Part shown: piece after piece, positions 38,335 through 52,000 of the stretch | Layout: the number at the start of each line of letters is the position of its first letter | How positions within the stretch are numbered: position 1 is the first letter of the stretch | Assembly (NCBI GenBank): GCA_028826165.1 | Contig: JAPDFW010000059.1 | Span: 496,001 to 560,000 of the forward strand | From: Anaeramoeba ignava BMAN | Taxonomy: Eukaryota > Protista > Anaeramoebae | DNA: 64,000 nt | Direction: 5' to 3' | The notes under the pieces: generated by a model | Seen by the model: the letters and a program-made list of their open reading frames with translations, nothing else | What the model was told of the DNA's origin: nothing | Databases searched by the model: none | Position numbers and translations under genes: made by a program

Positions 38335-40833
38335 ATGGATCCAATTACAGAAGCAATTTGGAATGATGATTTAAAAGAAATCCAAAAATTAATATCATCA
38401 GGAGAAGATATTAATAAACGGTCTGAATTCAGTGGGCAAACACCAATTTATTTAGCATTACAAAAGAACAAAAAAGAAATAGTAAGATATTTAGTAGAAA
38501 ACGGAGCAAATTTAAATATAATTGATAATAATGGATTAACACCATTGATGATAGCGGTTGACAGCGAATCTCATGATATGGTTGAGTTTTTATTAAGTTA
38601 CGGCGCAAATGTTGATGCTGTTAATGAATATGGTGAAACTTGTCTTCATAAAGTTATCGATCAAAATAGCAAAATTTCATATATTTTGTTGTCTTATGGT
38701 GCAAATCCCTTTCTCAAAGATATTGATAATAAACTTCCTCTTGATTATGCTACAAATGGACGTACCGTCTCATTCTTGGAAAGATATTCTAATAAATTTA
38801 GAGATTATTCTCCTGCTCTCTTTTTTGATTTCGTTAATGAATATAAAAATATTGCTATGGAACTTGGAAATAAATTTATGATTGATGTTAATAAACTTAA
38901 AGAAATTAGTCCAATTATAAAAGGTGCTTTTGGTGATATTTGGAAAGGTACTTATAATGGTAATGTTGTTGCTATTAAAAAATTCTTGAAAGAAATGCGT
39001 GGTTTAAATTTAGAAATATTTTATCGAGAAGTTGCTCTTTTAATGTAAATTCATTTATAAAATTATAAATTAAATCAAAATCAAATCAAAAATTAAATTA
39101 AATCAAATTAAAATCAAATTAAATTAAATCAAATTAAATCAAATTAAATTAAATTAAATCAAATTAAATTAAATTAAATCAAATTAAATTTAATCAAAAT
39201 CAAATTAAATCAAATCAAATTAAATTAAATTAAATCAAATTAAATCAAATCAAAATCAAATTAAATCAAATCAAATCAAATCAAATCAAATCAAATCAAA
39301 TCAAATCTAATTAAATTAAATTAAATTAAATTAAATCATAATCAAATAAAATTAAATCAAATTAAATTAAATTAAATTAAATCAAATTAAAATTAAATTA
39401 AATCAAATCAAAATTAAAATTAAAATTAAAATTAAAAATTAAAATTAAAAATTAAAATTAAATTAAATCATCAAATTAAATTAAATTAAATTAAATTAAA
39501 TTAAATTAAATTAAATTAAATCAAATCAAATCAAATTCAAATTAAATTAAATCAAATTAAATAAAATAAAATTAAATTTAAATCAAATTAAATTAAATTA
39601 AAGTAAATCAAAATTAAATTAAATTAAATTAAATCAAATTAAAATCAAAATTAAAATTAAATTAAAATTAAATTAAATCAAAAATCAAAATCAAATCAAA
39701 ATTAAATTAAATTTAATCAAATCAAATTAAATTAAATCATTAAATTAAATTAAATTAAATTAAAATTAAAATTAAATTAAAATTAAATTAAATCAAAATC
39801 AAAATCAAATCAAAATCAAATCAAATTAAATTAAAATCAAATTAAATTAAATTAAATTAAATTAAATTAAATTAAATTAAATTAAATTAAAATCAAATCA
39901 AATCAAATCAAATTAAAATTAAAATTAAAATTAAAATTAAAATTAAATTAAATCAAAATCAAATCAAAATCAAAATCAAAATCAAAATTAAATCAAAATC
40001 AAATTAAATCAAAATTAAATTAAATCAAATCATATCAAAATTAAATTAAATTAAATTAAATTAAATTAAATCATAATTAAATTAAATTTAATCATTAAAT
40101 TAAATTAAATTAAATTAAATTAAATCAAATTAAATCAAATTAAAGTAAATGTAAACATCCAAATATTGTTGAAACTATTGGATTTCATCTCTTTAAAAAA
40201 GAAGATCCAATCAAAAATATTTATCCAACATGTATAGTTCTTGAATATTTTAAAACTGGAAGTTTATCAGAAAGAATAAAGAAACTTTTAAAAAAGAATC
40301 TAAGATTAAAAAAAGAAACAATAATATCTTATGCGATTGACATAGCAGAAGGAATGAAATATTTACACAATATGGGAGTAATTCATCGAGATTTAAAATC
40401 AGGGAATATTTTAATAACAAATGAAAATCATTTGAAAATCATTGATTTTGGATTATCTAGATTTAAACCAGGAGTAACTAACATTACAACAGAAATGTCA
40501 ATTGGAGTTGGAACATTTAATTGGATGGCACCCGAAATTTTAAGAGGTGAATCTGATTATACTCCAAAAGTTGATGTTTATAGTTATGGTCTTGTTTTAT
40601 GGCAAATGGTTTTTCGTGAAATTCCTTATAAAAAACTTCTTTTGCATAAAGGAAGAGAAGAATTTAGATCTAAAGTTGGTTTTGGTAAAACTTCTTTGAG
40701 AATTCCTAAAAGGAGTTATCTTCCTGATGAATTTATTAATTTAATGGCAAGATGTTGGGATTATAATCCTAATAATCGTCCTGAATTTTCTGAAATTTGT
40801 GAAATTTTAAAAGAAATTAAAAACAAAAAATAA
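38335..40833 (+). CDS. Ankyrin-repeat TKL kinase, copy 3 (intron 39045-40145)
   Basis: Same architecture; intact. Confidence 0.93.
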
Positions 40834-41071
40834 TTCATTTCTTTTATTTGATTTTGATTTTAATTTTGATTTTAATTGTTTTGGAAATTTGGAATTAAAT
40901 GAGAAAAAATATTTTTGATACTTTTTTGTTTATAAATTTAATTTGGAATTAATAAAAAAGTGGAACAAATGAATTTATTTAATTTTAATATTTAATTTTG
41001 ATTTTTCATTTTTCATTTTTCATTTTTCATTTTTAATTTTTTTTTAAAATAATAATAATAATAATAAATAA

Positions 41072-43113
41072 ATGGATCCAATTACAGAAGCAATTTGGAA
41101 TGATGATTTAAAAGAAATACAAAAATTAATATCATCAGGAGAAGATATTAATAAACGGTCTGAATTCAGTGGACAAACACCAATTCATTTAGCATTACAA
41201 GAGAACAAAAAAGAAATAGCGATATATTTAGTAGAAAACGGAGCAAATTTAAATATAATTGATAATAATGGATTAACACCATTGATGATAGCGGTTGACA
41301 TTCGATCTCGTGATATGGTTGAGCTTTTATTAGGCTATGGCGCAAATGTTGATGCTATTGATGAATATGGTGAAACTTGTCTTCATAAAGCTATTGATCA
41401 AAATAGCAAAATTGCTCATCTTTTGTTGTCTTATGGTGCAAATCCCTTTTTCAAGGATAATGATAATGCTATTCCTCTTAATTATGCTACAAATAAAGGT
41501 GTCGCCTCATTCTTGGAAAGATATTCTAATAAATTTAGAGATTATTCTCCTGCTCTCTTTTTTGATTTCGTTAATGAATATAAAAATATTGCTATGGAAA
41601 TTGGAAATGAATTTGTGATTGATATTAATAAACTTAAAGAAATTAATCCTATTAAAAAAGGTGCTTTTGGTGATGTTTGGAAAGGTACTTATAATGGTAA
41701 TATTGTTGCTATTAAAAAATTCATGAAAGAAATGCGTGGTTCAAGTTTAGAAATGTTTTATCGAGAAGTTGCTCTTTTAGTGTAAATTCATTTATAAAAT
41801 TATAAATTAAATCAAATCAAATCAAATTAAATCAAATTAAACCAAATTAAAAATTAAATCAAAATTAAAAATTAAATCAAAATTAAAATTAAATTAAATT
41901 AAATTAAATTAAATTAAATTAAATCATAATCAAATCTAAATTAAATTAAATTTAAATTAAATTAAATTAAAATTAAATCAAAATCAAATTAAATCAAATC
42001 AAATCAAAATTAAAATTAAATCAAATTAAAATCAAATTATAATCAAATCAAATCAAAATCAAATTAAATTAAATTAAATTAAAATTAAAATTAAATTAAA
42101 TTAAATCAAAATTAAATCAAAATCAAATTAAATTAAATTAAATCAAAATCAAAAATTAAATCAAAATTAAATCAAATTAAATCAAAATAAATTAAATTAA
42201 AATTAAATTAAATCAAAATTAAATTAAAAATTAAATCAAAATTAAATCAAAAATCAAAATAAAAATTAAATCAAAATCAAAATAAATTAAATTAAATCAA
42301 ATTAAATTAAAATTAAATTAAATTAAATTAAATTAAATTAAATTAAAATCAAATTAAATTAAATTAAATCAAAATTAAATCAAAATTAAATTAAATTAAA
42401 ATTAAAATTAAAATTAAATTAAAAGGAAATGTAAACATCAAAATATTGTTGAAACTATTGGATACCATCTTCTTGACAAAGCAGATCCAATCAAAAGTCT
42501 TTATCCAACATGTATAGTTCTTGAATATGTTCCAAGAGGAAGTTTATCAGAAAGATTAAAGAAATTAAAAGCAAAAAAATTAAGATTAAAAAAAGACACA
42601 ATAATATCCTATGCGATTGACATAGCAGAAGGAATGAAATACTTACACAATATGGGAGTAATTCATCGAGATTTAAAATCAGGGAATATTTTAATAACAA
42701 AAGAAAATCATTTGAAAATCATTGATTTTGGATTAGCTCGATATAAAGCAGGAGCAACTGATATTACAACAGAAATGTCAATTAACATTGGAACATTTAA
42801 TTGGATGGCACCCGAAATTTTAAGAGGTGAATCTGATTATACTTCAAAAGTTGATGTTTATAGTTATGGTCTTGTTTTATGGGAAATGGTTTTTCGTGAT
42901 ATTCCTTATAAAAAACTTCTTATGGATGTTGGAAGAGAAGAATTTAGATCTAAAGTTGGTTTTGATAAACCTACTTTGAAACTCCCAAAAAAGAAATATC
43001 TTCCTGATGAAATGATTGATTTGTTGGCTAGGTGTTGGGATTATAATCCTAATAATCGTCCTGAATTTTCTGAAATTTGTGAAACTTTAAAAGAAATTAA
43101 AAACAAAAAATAA
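41072..43113 (+). CDS. Ankyrin-repeat TKL kinase, copy 4 (intron 41782-42425)
   Basis: Same architecture; intact. Confidence 0.93.
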
Positions 43114-43376
43114 TTCATTTCTTTTTTCTTTTCTTTTTCAAATAAATCAAAAAATTGATTTAAAAATTCAAACAAAAAAATTATTTTTTTTTTGTTAAAA
43201 GTTTTTAATTTCTTGAAAATTAAAAAAAAAAAAGCAAAAAAAAAAAAAAGTGGAACAAAAAAAAAAAGTTGAACAAGCCAAAATTCTTATAAAATTCTTA
43301 TAAAATTCCTTTTAAAAAAATTCAAAAAAAAAAAAGAAATATTGTTTCTTTTTCTTTTTCTTTTTCTTTTTCTTTT

Positions 43377-45167
43377 TTAGATCAGCTTTTTTAAATTTTC
43401 CTTTTCCATTTCAGCTAATTTTAATTTGTTTGTTAATCTTTCAACTTCCATTTTATATTTCTTTTTCTTTTCTTTATATTTGTCAATTTTGCCTTGAAAA
43501 TCAGATTGTTTTTGACTTGAATCATTATCATTCTTAACTTCTTCAAGATATTCTTGAAGAACCAACAATTCATTTTTAAGTTTTGAGTTTTCTTCATTTT
43601 TTTCATCAATACTTTTTTGAAGTAATCGAATTTCTTGATTAAATAAATCTTTTCTTGTTTGCATTAATTTTCTGTTTTTTGTTTCTAATTCTTGGATTTG
43701 GGAATCAATAGAATAATGTGAGGTTCCAATTTGTGTTTGAAGTTTTGTTTGGGTTTCTTCTTTTGGTGTGTTTGTTTGTTCTAATGTTTGTTCAGATTCT
43801 GTTGTTGGAAGATCGCTTTCTGATTGTTTGGGAAATAATGTTTCATTATCTACAATAGTATGTTCTGACTCTAATTTTTGTTTTGCTTCTTCCAATGTTT
43901 TCATTGTTGATTTAATTAATCCTTGAATTGCTTTTTTATTTCAATTTTTTTTTATTTTTTTATTAAAATCAATTCCTTTTTTTTTGTTTTGAATTTATTT
44001 ACCATAATGTTTATTAATGTGAATAACCTATTTAAATTTAAATTTAAATTCAATTTTTAATTTAGATTTTATTTTATTTTTTATTTTTTATTTTTACTGT
44101 AAAATAAATTTCGCCAAAAAATTCTTCAGCTGTAGTTTTCTTTAAATTAAGAATTTGACGAACAGGTTCTGAAGGTTTTCTATATAATATTAATTTTAAT
44201 TTTAATTTTAATATTGATATTAATTATAATTTTAATATTAATTTTAATTTATTTTGATTTTAATATTAAATTTTGATTTTGATTTTAATTTTAATTTTAA
44301 TATTAATTTTGATATTAATTTTAATTTTAAATTTAAAATTGATTTTAATTTTGATTTTGATTTTAATTTTTAATTTTGATTTTAATTTTAATTTTAAATT
44401 TAAAATTAATTTTAATTTTAATTTTAATTTTAATTTTAATTTTGATTTAAATTTTAATTTTAATTTTAATTTTAAATTTAAAATTAATTTTAATATTAAT
44501 ATTAATTTTAATTTTAAATTTTGATTTTGATTTTGATTTTGATTTTAATTTTAATTTTAATTTTCATTTTGATTATAATTTTAATTATAATTATAATTTT
44601 AATTTTAATATTTAATTTTGATTTTGATTTTAATTTTAATTTTTAATTTTGATTATAATTTTAATTTTAATTTTAATTTTAATTTTAATTTTAAATTTAA
44701 TTTTAATTTTTAATTTTAATTATAATTATAATGTTAATTTTGATTTTAATGTTAAAATTAATTTTAATTTGATTGTTAAAATTAATTGGGGTATTTTAAT
44801 AAAAAAAATAAATGATCAAGAACAAAAGAAAAAAAAAAAGGAAAAAAGAAAAAAAAAGAAGAAGTAAAAATTACTCTTGTAATTTAGCGAAAACAGCACG
44901 AACAATTTCCATTGTATGAGCATTTTCGAATTGAGGTTGAGTTAAAGTTAAAAATTGTTGAGGCGGATGAGCCAAAAAATCTTTTTTAGATTTTGATCCA
45001 AACAATTCAATTACAGGATTATTACATTCAATAAAACCCTTTTCAAGTGTACATGCAAATAATGCATCTTTTTCTTTACTTAGTTTTTTCCGATAAACTC
45101 GTTCTTTTAATCCTTTTGTTTTTAGATTATTCGCATTTATTTGTGGTTGAAATGTTATTTGTCCCAT
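43377..45167 (-). CDS. PAS-like sensor domain plus coiled-coil protein, multi-exon
   Basis: DALFACTLEKGFIECNNPVIELFG resembles a PAS start. Small exons near 44179-44098 and 44028-44003; coiled-coil last exon. Confidence 0.6.
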
Positions 45168-45732
45168 ATTTTAATTTTAAAAAAAAAATTTGAAGTAAAA
45201 ATTTGAAGTAAAAAAAATGAAAAATGGATCTTTTGAAAAATGGTAAATTTTTAAATTAATTTTGTTTTTGTTTTTGATTTTGTTTTTGTTTTTGTTTTTG
45301 TTTTTGATTTTGTTTTTGTTTTTGATTTTGTTTTTGTTTTTGTTTTTGTTTTTATTTTAAGATTTTGTTTTTGTTTTTGATTTTGATTTTGTTTTTGTTT
45401 TTGTTTTTGTTTTTGTTTTTGTTTTTGTTTTTGTTTTTAATTTTGTTTTTGATTTTGTTTTTGTTTTTGTTTTTGTTTTTGTTTTAAGATCAAAAAATTT
45501 TTTAATTAAAAAAAAAAAATTGGAATAAATAAGAATAAATAAGAATAAATAAGAATAAATAAGAATACAACTTGGAAAACTTTTTTATTCTTTATTTTAA
45601 ATTATTTGATCAATAAATTCTCCTTTTTTATTTTTTATTTTTTATTTAAAAAAAAAGGAGAAAAAAAAATATTTTTTTAATTTTTTTTTAATTTTTTTTT
45701 CATTTTTTTTTTAACAAAATTTTTAATTAAAT

Positions 45733-45825
45733 TAAGAGGTTAATGATTAAGAAAAAAGATGTCATGCACCACACAGATAATTTTTATATTATGAAGATTC
45801 ATCTAAACCATTATGAAACCTCTTA
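45733..45825 (+). ncRNA. Box C/D snoRNA, snR40/SNORD32-like guide for SSU rRNA
   Basis: 9-bp terminal stem TAAGAGGTT/AACCTCTTA; box C ATGATTA 45743-45749; guide GTCATGCACCAC 45761-45772; D' CAGA; C' ATGAAGA; box D ATGA 45813-45816. Confidence 0.8.
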
Positions 45826-46115
45826 TAAATTTTAAATTAAAAAAAAAACAAAAAATATTTTTTTTTCTTTTTTAAATTTTTTTTTATTAAAGCTTTCCTA
45901 AAAAAAAATCTTATTAAAATTAAAATTAAAATTAAAAATTAAAATTAGAATTAAAATTAAAATCAAAATTAAAATTAAAAATTAAATTTAAAATTAAAAT
46001 TAAAATTAAAATTAAAATTAAAATTTAAAATTAAAATTAAAATTAAAATTAAAATTAAAATTAATATTAAAATTAAATTTGAAATTAAAATTAAAATTAA
46101 AATTGAAATTGTTGA

Positions 46116-48547
46116 TTAATTTTGATTGTTTGAAAAAGATTTGGAATAAAAATCAAGTAAATAAGATCCTAAAATTGATTTTTGATTTAATTGATAAAAT
46201 TCTTTTAAATCAGTAAATTCTTCAATATTTTCTTTGGTTAATTTTGTTTCATCAATTTTATCATTATAAAGAAAATAAATTAATTGTTGAATTGTTTCAA
46301 ATGATTTTCCTGAATAATCATGAACTTGATTTGATAAATCATTAACACTTAAAAACATTCCTTTAAATAATTCACTTCTTATTTGTAATATTAATTTATG
46401 AACTTTAATTTCTTTTTCTTCAATAATTATTGTAAAATCTTTAGTTTCATTTTCTTGATAAAATTGTTGAAAATCTTTTAATATTCCTTTTATTCCTTCT
46501 TTTTCTTTAATCCATTTTAAATCAAATCCTGTTTCTTCAAATAAATCATAAATTATTCCTTTTTCAAATTCTTCTTTTTTATTTTCAATTTCATTTAAAA
46601 TTAATTCTTGTTCTTTTTTTTGTTCTTCAAATTCAATTTCATTTGAAAATAAAAATTGAAAATTTGAATTAATTTGTGTTTGATTTTGAATAAATTGATT
46701 ATTAAATTTTTCAATAAATTTATCAAAATCAATAAATCCTGTATAAAGAAAATTTAATGAAAATTGAATAATTTCTTTTGATTTTCTTCTGCAAATATTA
46801 ATAAATCTTGTTAAAATTTTTTGATTATTATTAAATCTAATTAATAAAATTTGTTTATGAGCTTTGATTCTTTCATTATCATTACTTTTAATTTCAATAT
46901 CTTTAAATTCATTTGATTTCAAAAAATTGTTTAAATCATCATTAAATGAATAAATTTTTGGAAATAAATCAATTATTTCTTGATTAATTTCATTTTCTTT
47001 CAATTCAAAAATATTCAAATCTCTCATTAATAATATTTTGATTTCATTTGAATATTTATTTTTCAAAGCAATATGTAAAGGTATTTCATTCCATTTATTT
47101 TTTGAATTAATATCAAAACCTTTGGAAATTAATAATTTAATAATTTCATTTGGATATTTATTTTCTAAAGCAAAATGTAAAGGTATTTCTTTTCCATCTA
47201 TTTTTAAATTAAGATTAGAACCTTTGGAAATTAATAATTTAATAATTTCATTTGGATATTTATTTTTCAAAGCAATATGTTAAAGGTATTTCATTTAGAA
47301 TATTTTTTGAATTAATATCAGATTCTTTGGAAATTAATAATTCAATAATTTCTTTTGAATATTGATTTTTCAAAGCAAAATGTAAAGGTATTTCATTTTG
47401 AATTAATATTAGATTCTTTGGAAATTAATAATTCAATAATTTCATTTGAATATTTATTTTTCAAAGCAATATGTAAAGGTATTTCATTCCATTATTTTTG
47501 AATTAATATCAGAACCTTTGGAAATTAATAATTCAATAATTTCATTTGGATATTTATTTTCAAAGCAATATGTAAAGGTATTTCATTTTGATTATTTTTT
47601 GAATTAATATCAGAACCTTTGGAAATTAATAATTTAATAATTTCTTTTGAATATTTATTTTTCAAAGCAATATGTAAAGGTATTTTATATTCATTGTTTT
47701 TTGAATTAATATCTAAACCTTTGGAAATTAATAATTTAATAATTTCATTTGAATATTTATTTTCTAAAGCAATATGTAAAGGTATTTCATTTTCATTTAT
47801 TTTTGAATTAATATTAGAACCTTTGGAAATTAATAATTCAATAATTTCATTTGGATATTTATTTTTCAAAGCAATATGTAAAGGTATTTCATTTCCATCT
47901 ATTTTTGAATTAATATCAGATTCTTTGGAAATTAATAATTTAATAATTTCATTTGAATATTGATATTTCAAAGCAAAATGTAAAGGTATTTCATCTTCAT
48001 TATTTTTTGAATTAATATCAGAACCTTTGGAAATTAATAATTTAATAATTTCATTTGGATATTTATTTTTCAAAGCAATATGTAAAGGTATTTTATATTC
48101 ATTGTTTTTTGAATTAATATTAGAACATTTGGAAATTAATAATTTAATAATTTCATTTGGATATTTATTGGAAAGAGCTGAATGTAAAGAATTATTTTTG
48201 TTTTTATCAATCCAATTTAAATTAGTTTCTTTTTCAATAAGTTTTTGAATAATTTCTTTTTTTGATTTATGTTTAAAAGCATAATTTAAAAAAGGTTTAT
48301 TTTCTTTTTCAAATTGTTCTGTTGTTTTCAAAGTTAAAATTGAATCAAAAAATTGAATATCATTTTTTAGAATTGCTTTATAAACTTTTTTTAATTGATT
48401 TATATTTTGATTTGTGTTTTGATTTATATTTTGATTTATGTTTTGATTTATGTTTTGGTTTGTGTTTTGATTTATGTTTTGATTTATAAATTGATTGAGA
48501 TAATTTGTTAATAATTCATTTATGTTTTGATTTATATTTTGATTCAT
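46116..48547 (-). CDS. Ankyrin-repeat (~12) BTB-BTB protein, single module, several apparent frameshifts
   Basis: 99-bp ANK units (EIPLHIAL...IIKLLISKGSDINSKN), then BTB1 (DIEIKS...AHKQIL) and BTB2 (DFTIII...VHKLILQIRSELF). Confidence 0.85.
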
Positions 48548-48835
48548 GTTTTGATTTATGTTTTAATTTATGTTTTGGTTTGTGTTTTGATTTATAAATT
48601 GATTGAGATAATGTGTTAATAATTGATTTATGTTTTGATTTATATTTTTATTTATGTTTTGATTTATGTTTTGATTTATGTTTTGATTTATGTTTTGTTT
48701 TTTTTTATGTTTTTTTGTTTTATGTATTAGGAATTAATTTGTGTTTTGCTTTAAATGAATTAAAAAGAATAAAAAGAAAAAAATGAATTTTGAATTTTTA
48801 ATTTTTTAATTTTTTAATTTTTTGATTTTAATTTT

Positions 48836-48985
48836 TTAAATGAAATAAGTTTCAAGTTCATCAACTTTCCATTGATTATAAGAACCAGCTAAATAAATTT
48901 TAGCTTCATTAGTATTTGGTTTAATTCCATCAGGTAAATTATAAGTATTTCCAAAAAAAGTAAATCCACTTCTCAAATCACAATT
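48836..48985 (-). pseudogene. 150-bp orphan copy of the TLDc gene 3' end
   Basis: Matches 57156-57305 with no difference seen by eye, and ends abruptly in the TTAAAA repeat. Confidence 0.85.
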
Positions 48986-49007
48986 AAAATTAAAATTAAA
49001 ATTAAAA

Positions 49008-52000
49008 TTAAAAATTAAAATTATAATTAAAATTAAAATTGAAATTGAAATTAAAATTGTTGATTAATTTTGATTTTTTTGAAAAAGATTTGGAATAAAA
49101 ATCAATTAAATAAGATCCTAAAATTGATTTTTGATTTAATTGATAATAATCTTTTAAATCAATAAATTCTTCAATATTTTCTTTGGTTAATTTTGTTTCA
49201 TCAATTTTATCATTATAAAGAAAATAAATTAATTGATTAATTGTTTCAAATGATTTTCTTGAATAATCATGAACTTGATTTGATGGATCATTAACACTTA
49301 AAAACATTCCTTTAAATAATTCACTTCTTATTTGTAATATTAATTTATGAACTTTAATTTCTTTTTTTTCAATAATTATTTTAAAATCTTTAGTTTCATT
49401 TTGTTGATAAAATTCTTCAAAATCTTTTAATATTCCTTTTATTCCTTCTTTTTCTTTAATCCATTTTAAATCAAATCCTGTTTCTTCAAATAAATCATAA
49501 ATTAATCCTTTTTCAAATTCTTCTTTTTTATTTTCAATTTCATTTAAAATTAATTCTTCTTCTTTTTTTTGATTTTCAAATTCAATTTGATTTGAAAATA
49601 AAAATTGAAAATTTGAATTTTGATTATTAAATTTTTCAATAAATTTATCAAAATCAATAAATCCTGTATAAAGAAAATTTAATGCAAATTGAATAATTTC
49701 TTTTGATTTTCTTCTGCAAATATTAATAAATCTTGTTAAAATTGTTGGATTATTATTAAATCTAATTAATAAAATTTGTTTATGAGCTTTGATTATTTCA
49801 TTATCACTACTTTTAATTTCAATATCTTTAAATTCATTTGATTTCAAAAAATTGTTTAAATCATCAATAAATGAATAAATTTTTGGAAATAAATCAATTA
49901 TTTCTTGATTAATTTCATTTTGATTTAATTCAAAAATATTCAAATCTTTCATTAATAATATTTTGATTTCATTTATATATTTATTTTTCAAAGCAATATG
50001 TAAAGGTATTTCATTCCATTTATTTTTTGAATTAATATTAGATCCTTTGGAAATTAATAATTCAATAATTTCATTTGGATATTTATTTTGTAAAGCAATA
50101 TGTAAAGGTATTTCATTCCAATTATTTTTTGAATTAATATTAGATCCTTTGGAAATTAATAATTCAATAATTTCATTTGAATTTTATATTTCAAAGCAAT
50201 ATGTAAAGGTATTTCATTCCATTTATTTTTTGAATTAATATCAGAACCTTTGGAAATTAATAATTCAATGATTTCATTTGGATTTTGGTATTTCAAAGCA
50301 ATATGTAAAGGTATTTCATTCCATTTATTTTTTGAATTAATATCAGATTCTTTGGAAATTAATTCAATAATTTCATTTGAATATTTATTTTCCAAAGCAA
50401 TATGTAAAGGTATTTCATTCCATTTATTTTTTGAATTAATATCAGAACCTTTGGAAATTAATAATTTAATAATTTCATTTGGATATTCATTTTTCAAAGC
50501 AATATGTAAAGGTATTTCATTCAAATTATTTTTTGAATTAATATCAGAACTTTTGGAAATTAATAATTCAATAATTTCATTTGAATATTTATTTTCCAAA
50601 GCAATATGTAAAGGTATTTCATTCAAATTATTTTTTAAATTAATATTAGAACCTTTGGAAATTAATAATTTAATAATTTCATTTGAATATTTATTTTTCA
50701 AAGCAATATGTAAAGGTATTTCATTTTCATTATTTTTTGAATTGATATCAGAACTTTTGGAAATTAATAATTTAATAATTTCATTTGGATTTTTATTGGA
50801 AAGAGCTGAATGTAAAGAATTATTTTTGTTTTTATCAATCCAATTTAATTTAGTTTCTTTTTCAATAAGTTTTTGAATAATTTCTTTTTTTGATTTATTT
50901 TCAAAAGCATAATTTAAAAAAGGTTTATTTTCTTTTTCAAATTGTTCTGTTGTTTTTAAAGTTGAAATTGGATTAAAAAATTGAATATTATTTTTTAGAA
51001 TTTCTTCATAAACTTTTTTTAATTGATTTGTGTTTTGGTTTGTTTTGATTTATGTTTTGATTTATGTTTTGATTCATATTTTGATTCATGTTTTGATTTA
51101 TGTTTTGATTTGTGTTTTGATTTGTGTTTTGATTTGTGTTTTGATTTTGTTTGTTTTCATTTGGATATAAATTTGAATTTTGATTGTTTGATAAAGATTT
51201 GGAATAAAAATCAATTAAATAAGATCCTAAAATTGATTTTTGATTTAATTGATAATAATCTTTTAAATCAGTAAATTCTTCAATATTTTCTTTGGTTAAT
51301 TTTGTTTCATCAATTTTATCATTATAAAGAAAATAAATTAATTGATTAATTGTTTCAAATGATTTTCCTGAATATTCATGAACTTGATTTGATGAATCAT
51401 TAACATTTAAAAACATTCCTTTAAATAATTCACTTCTTATTTGTAATATTAATTTATGAACTTTAATTTCTTTTTCTTCAATAATTATTTTAAAATCTTT
51501 AGTTTCATTTTGTTGATAAAATTCTTCAAAATCTTTTAATATTCCTTTTATTCCTTCTTTTTCTTTAATCCATTTTAAATCAAATCCTGTTTGTTCAAAT
51601 AAATCATAAATTAATCCTTTTTCAAATTCTTCTTTTTTATTTTCAATTTCATTTAAAATTAATTCTTCTTCTTTTTTTTGATTTTCAAATTCAATTTGAT
51701 TTGAAAATAAAAATTGAAAATTTGAATTAAATTGTGTTTGATTTTGAATAAATTGATTATTAAATTTTTCAATAAATTTATCAAAATCAATAAATCCTGT
51801 ATAAAGAAAATTTAATGCAAATTGAATAATTTTTTTTGATTTTCTTCTGCAAATATTAATAAATCTTGTTAAAATTTTTGATTATTATTAAATCTAATTA
51901 ATAAAATTTGTTTATGAGCTTTGATTATTTCACCATCATTACTTTTAATTTCAATATCTGTAAATTCATTTGATTTCAAAAATTGATTTAAATCATCATT

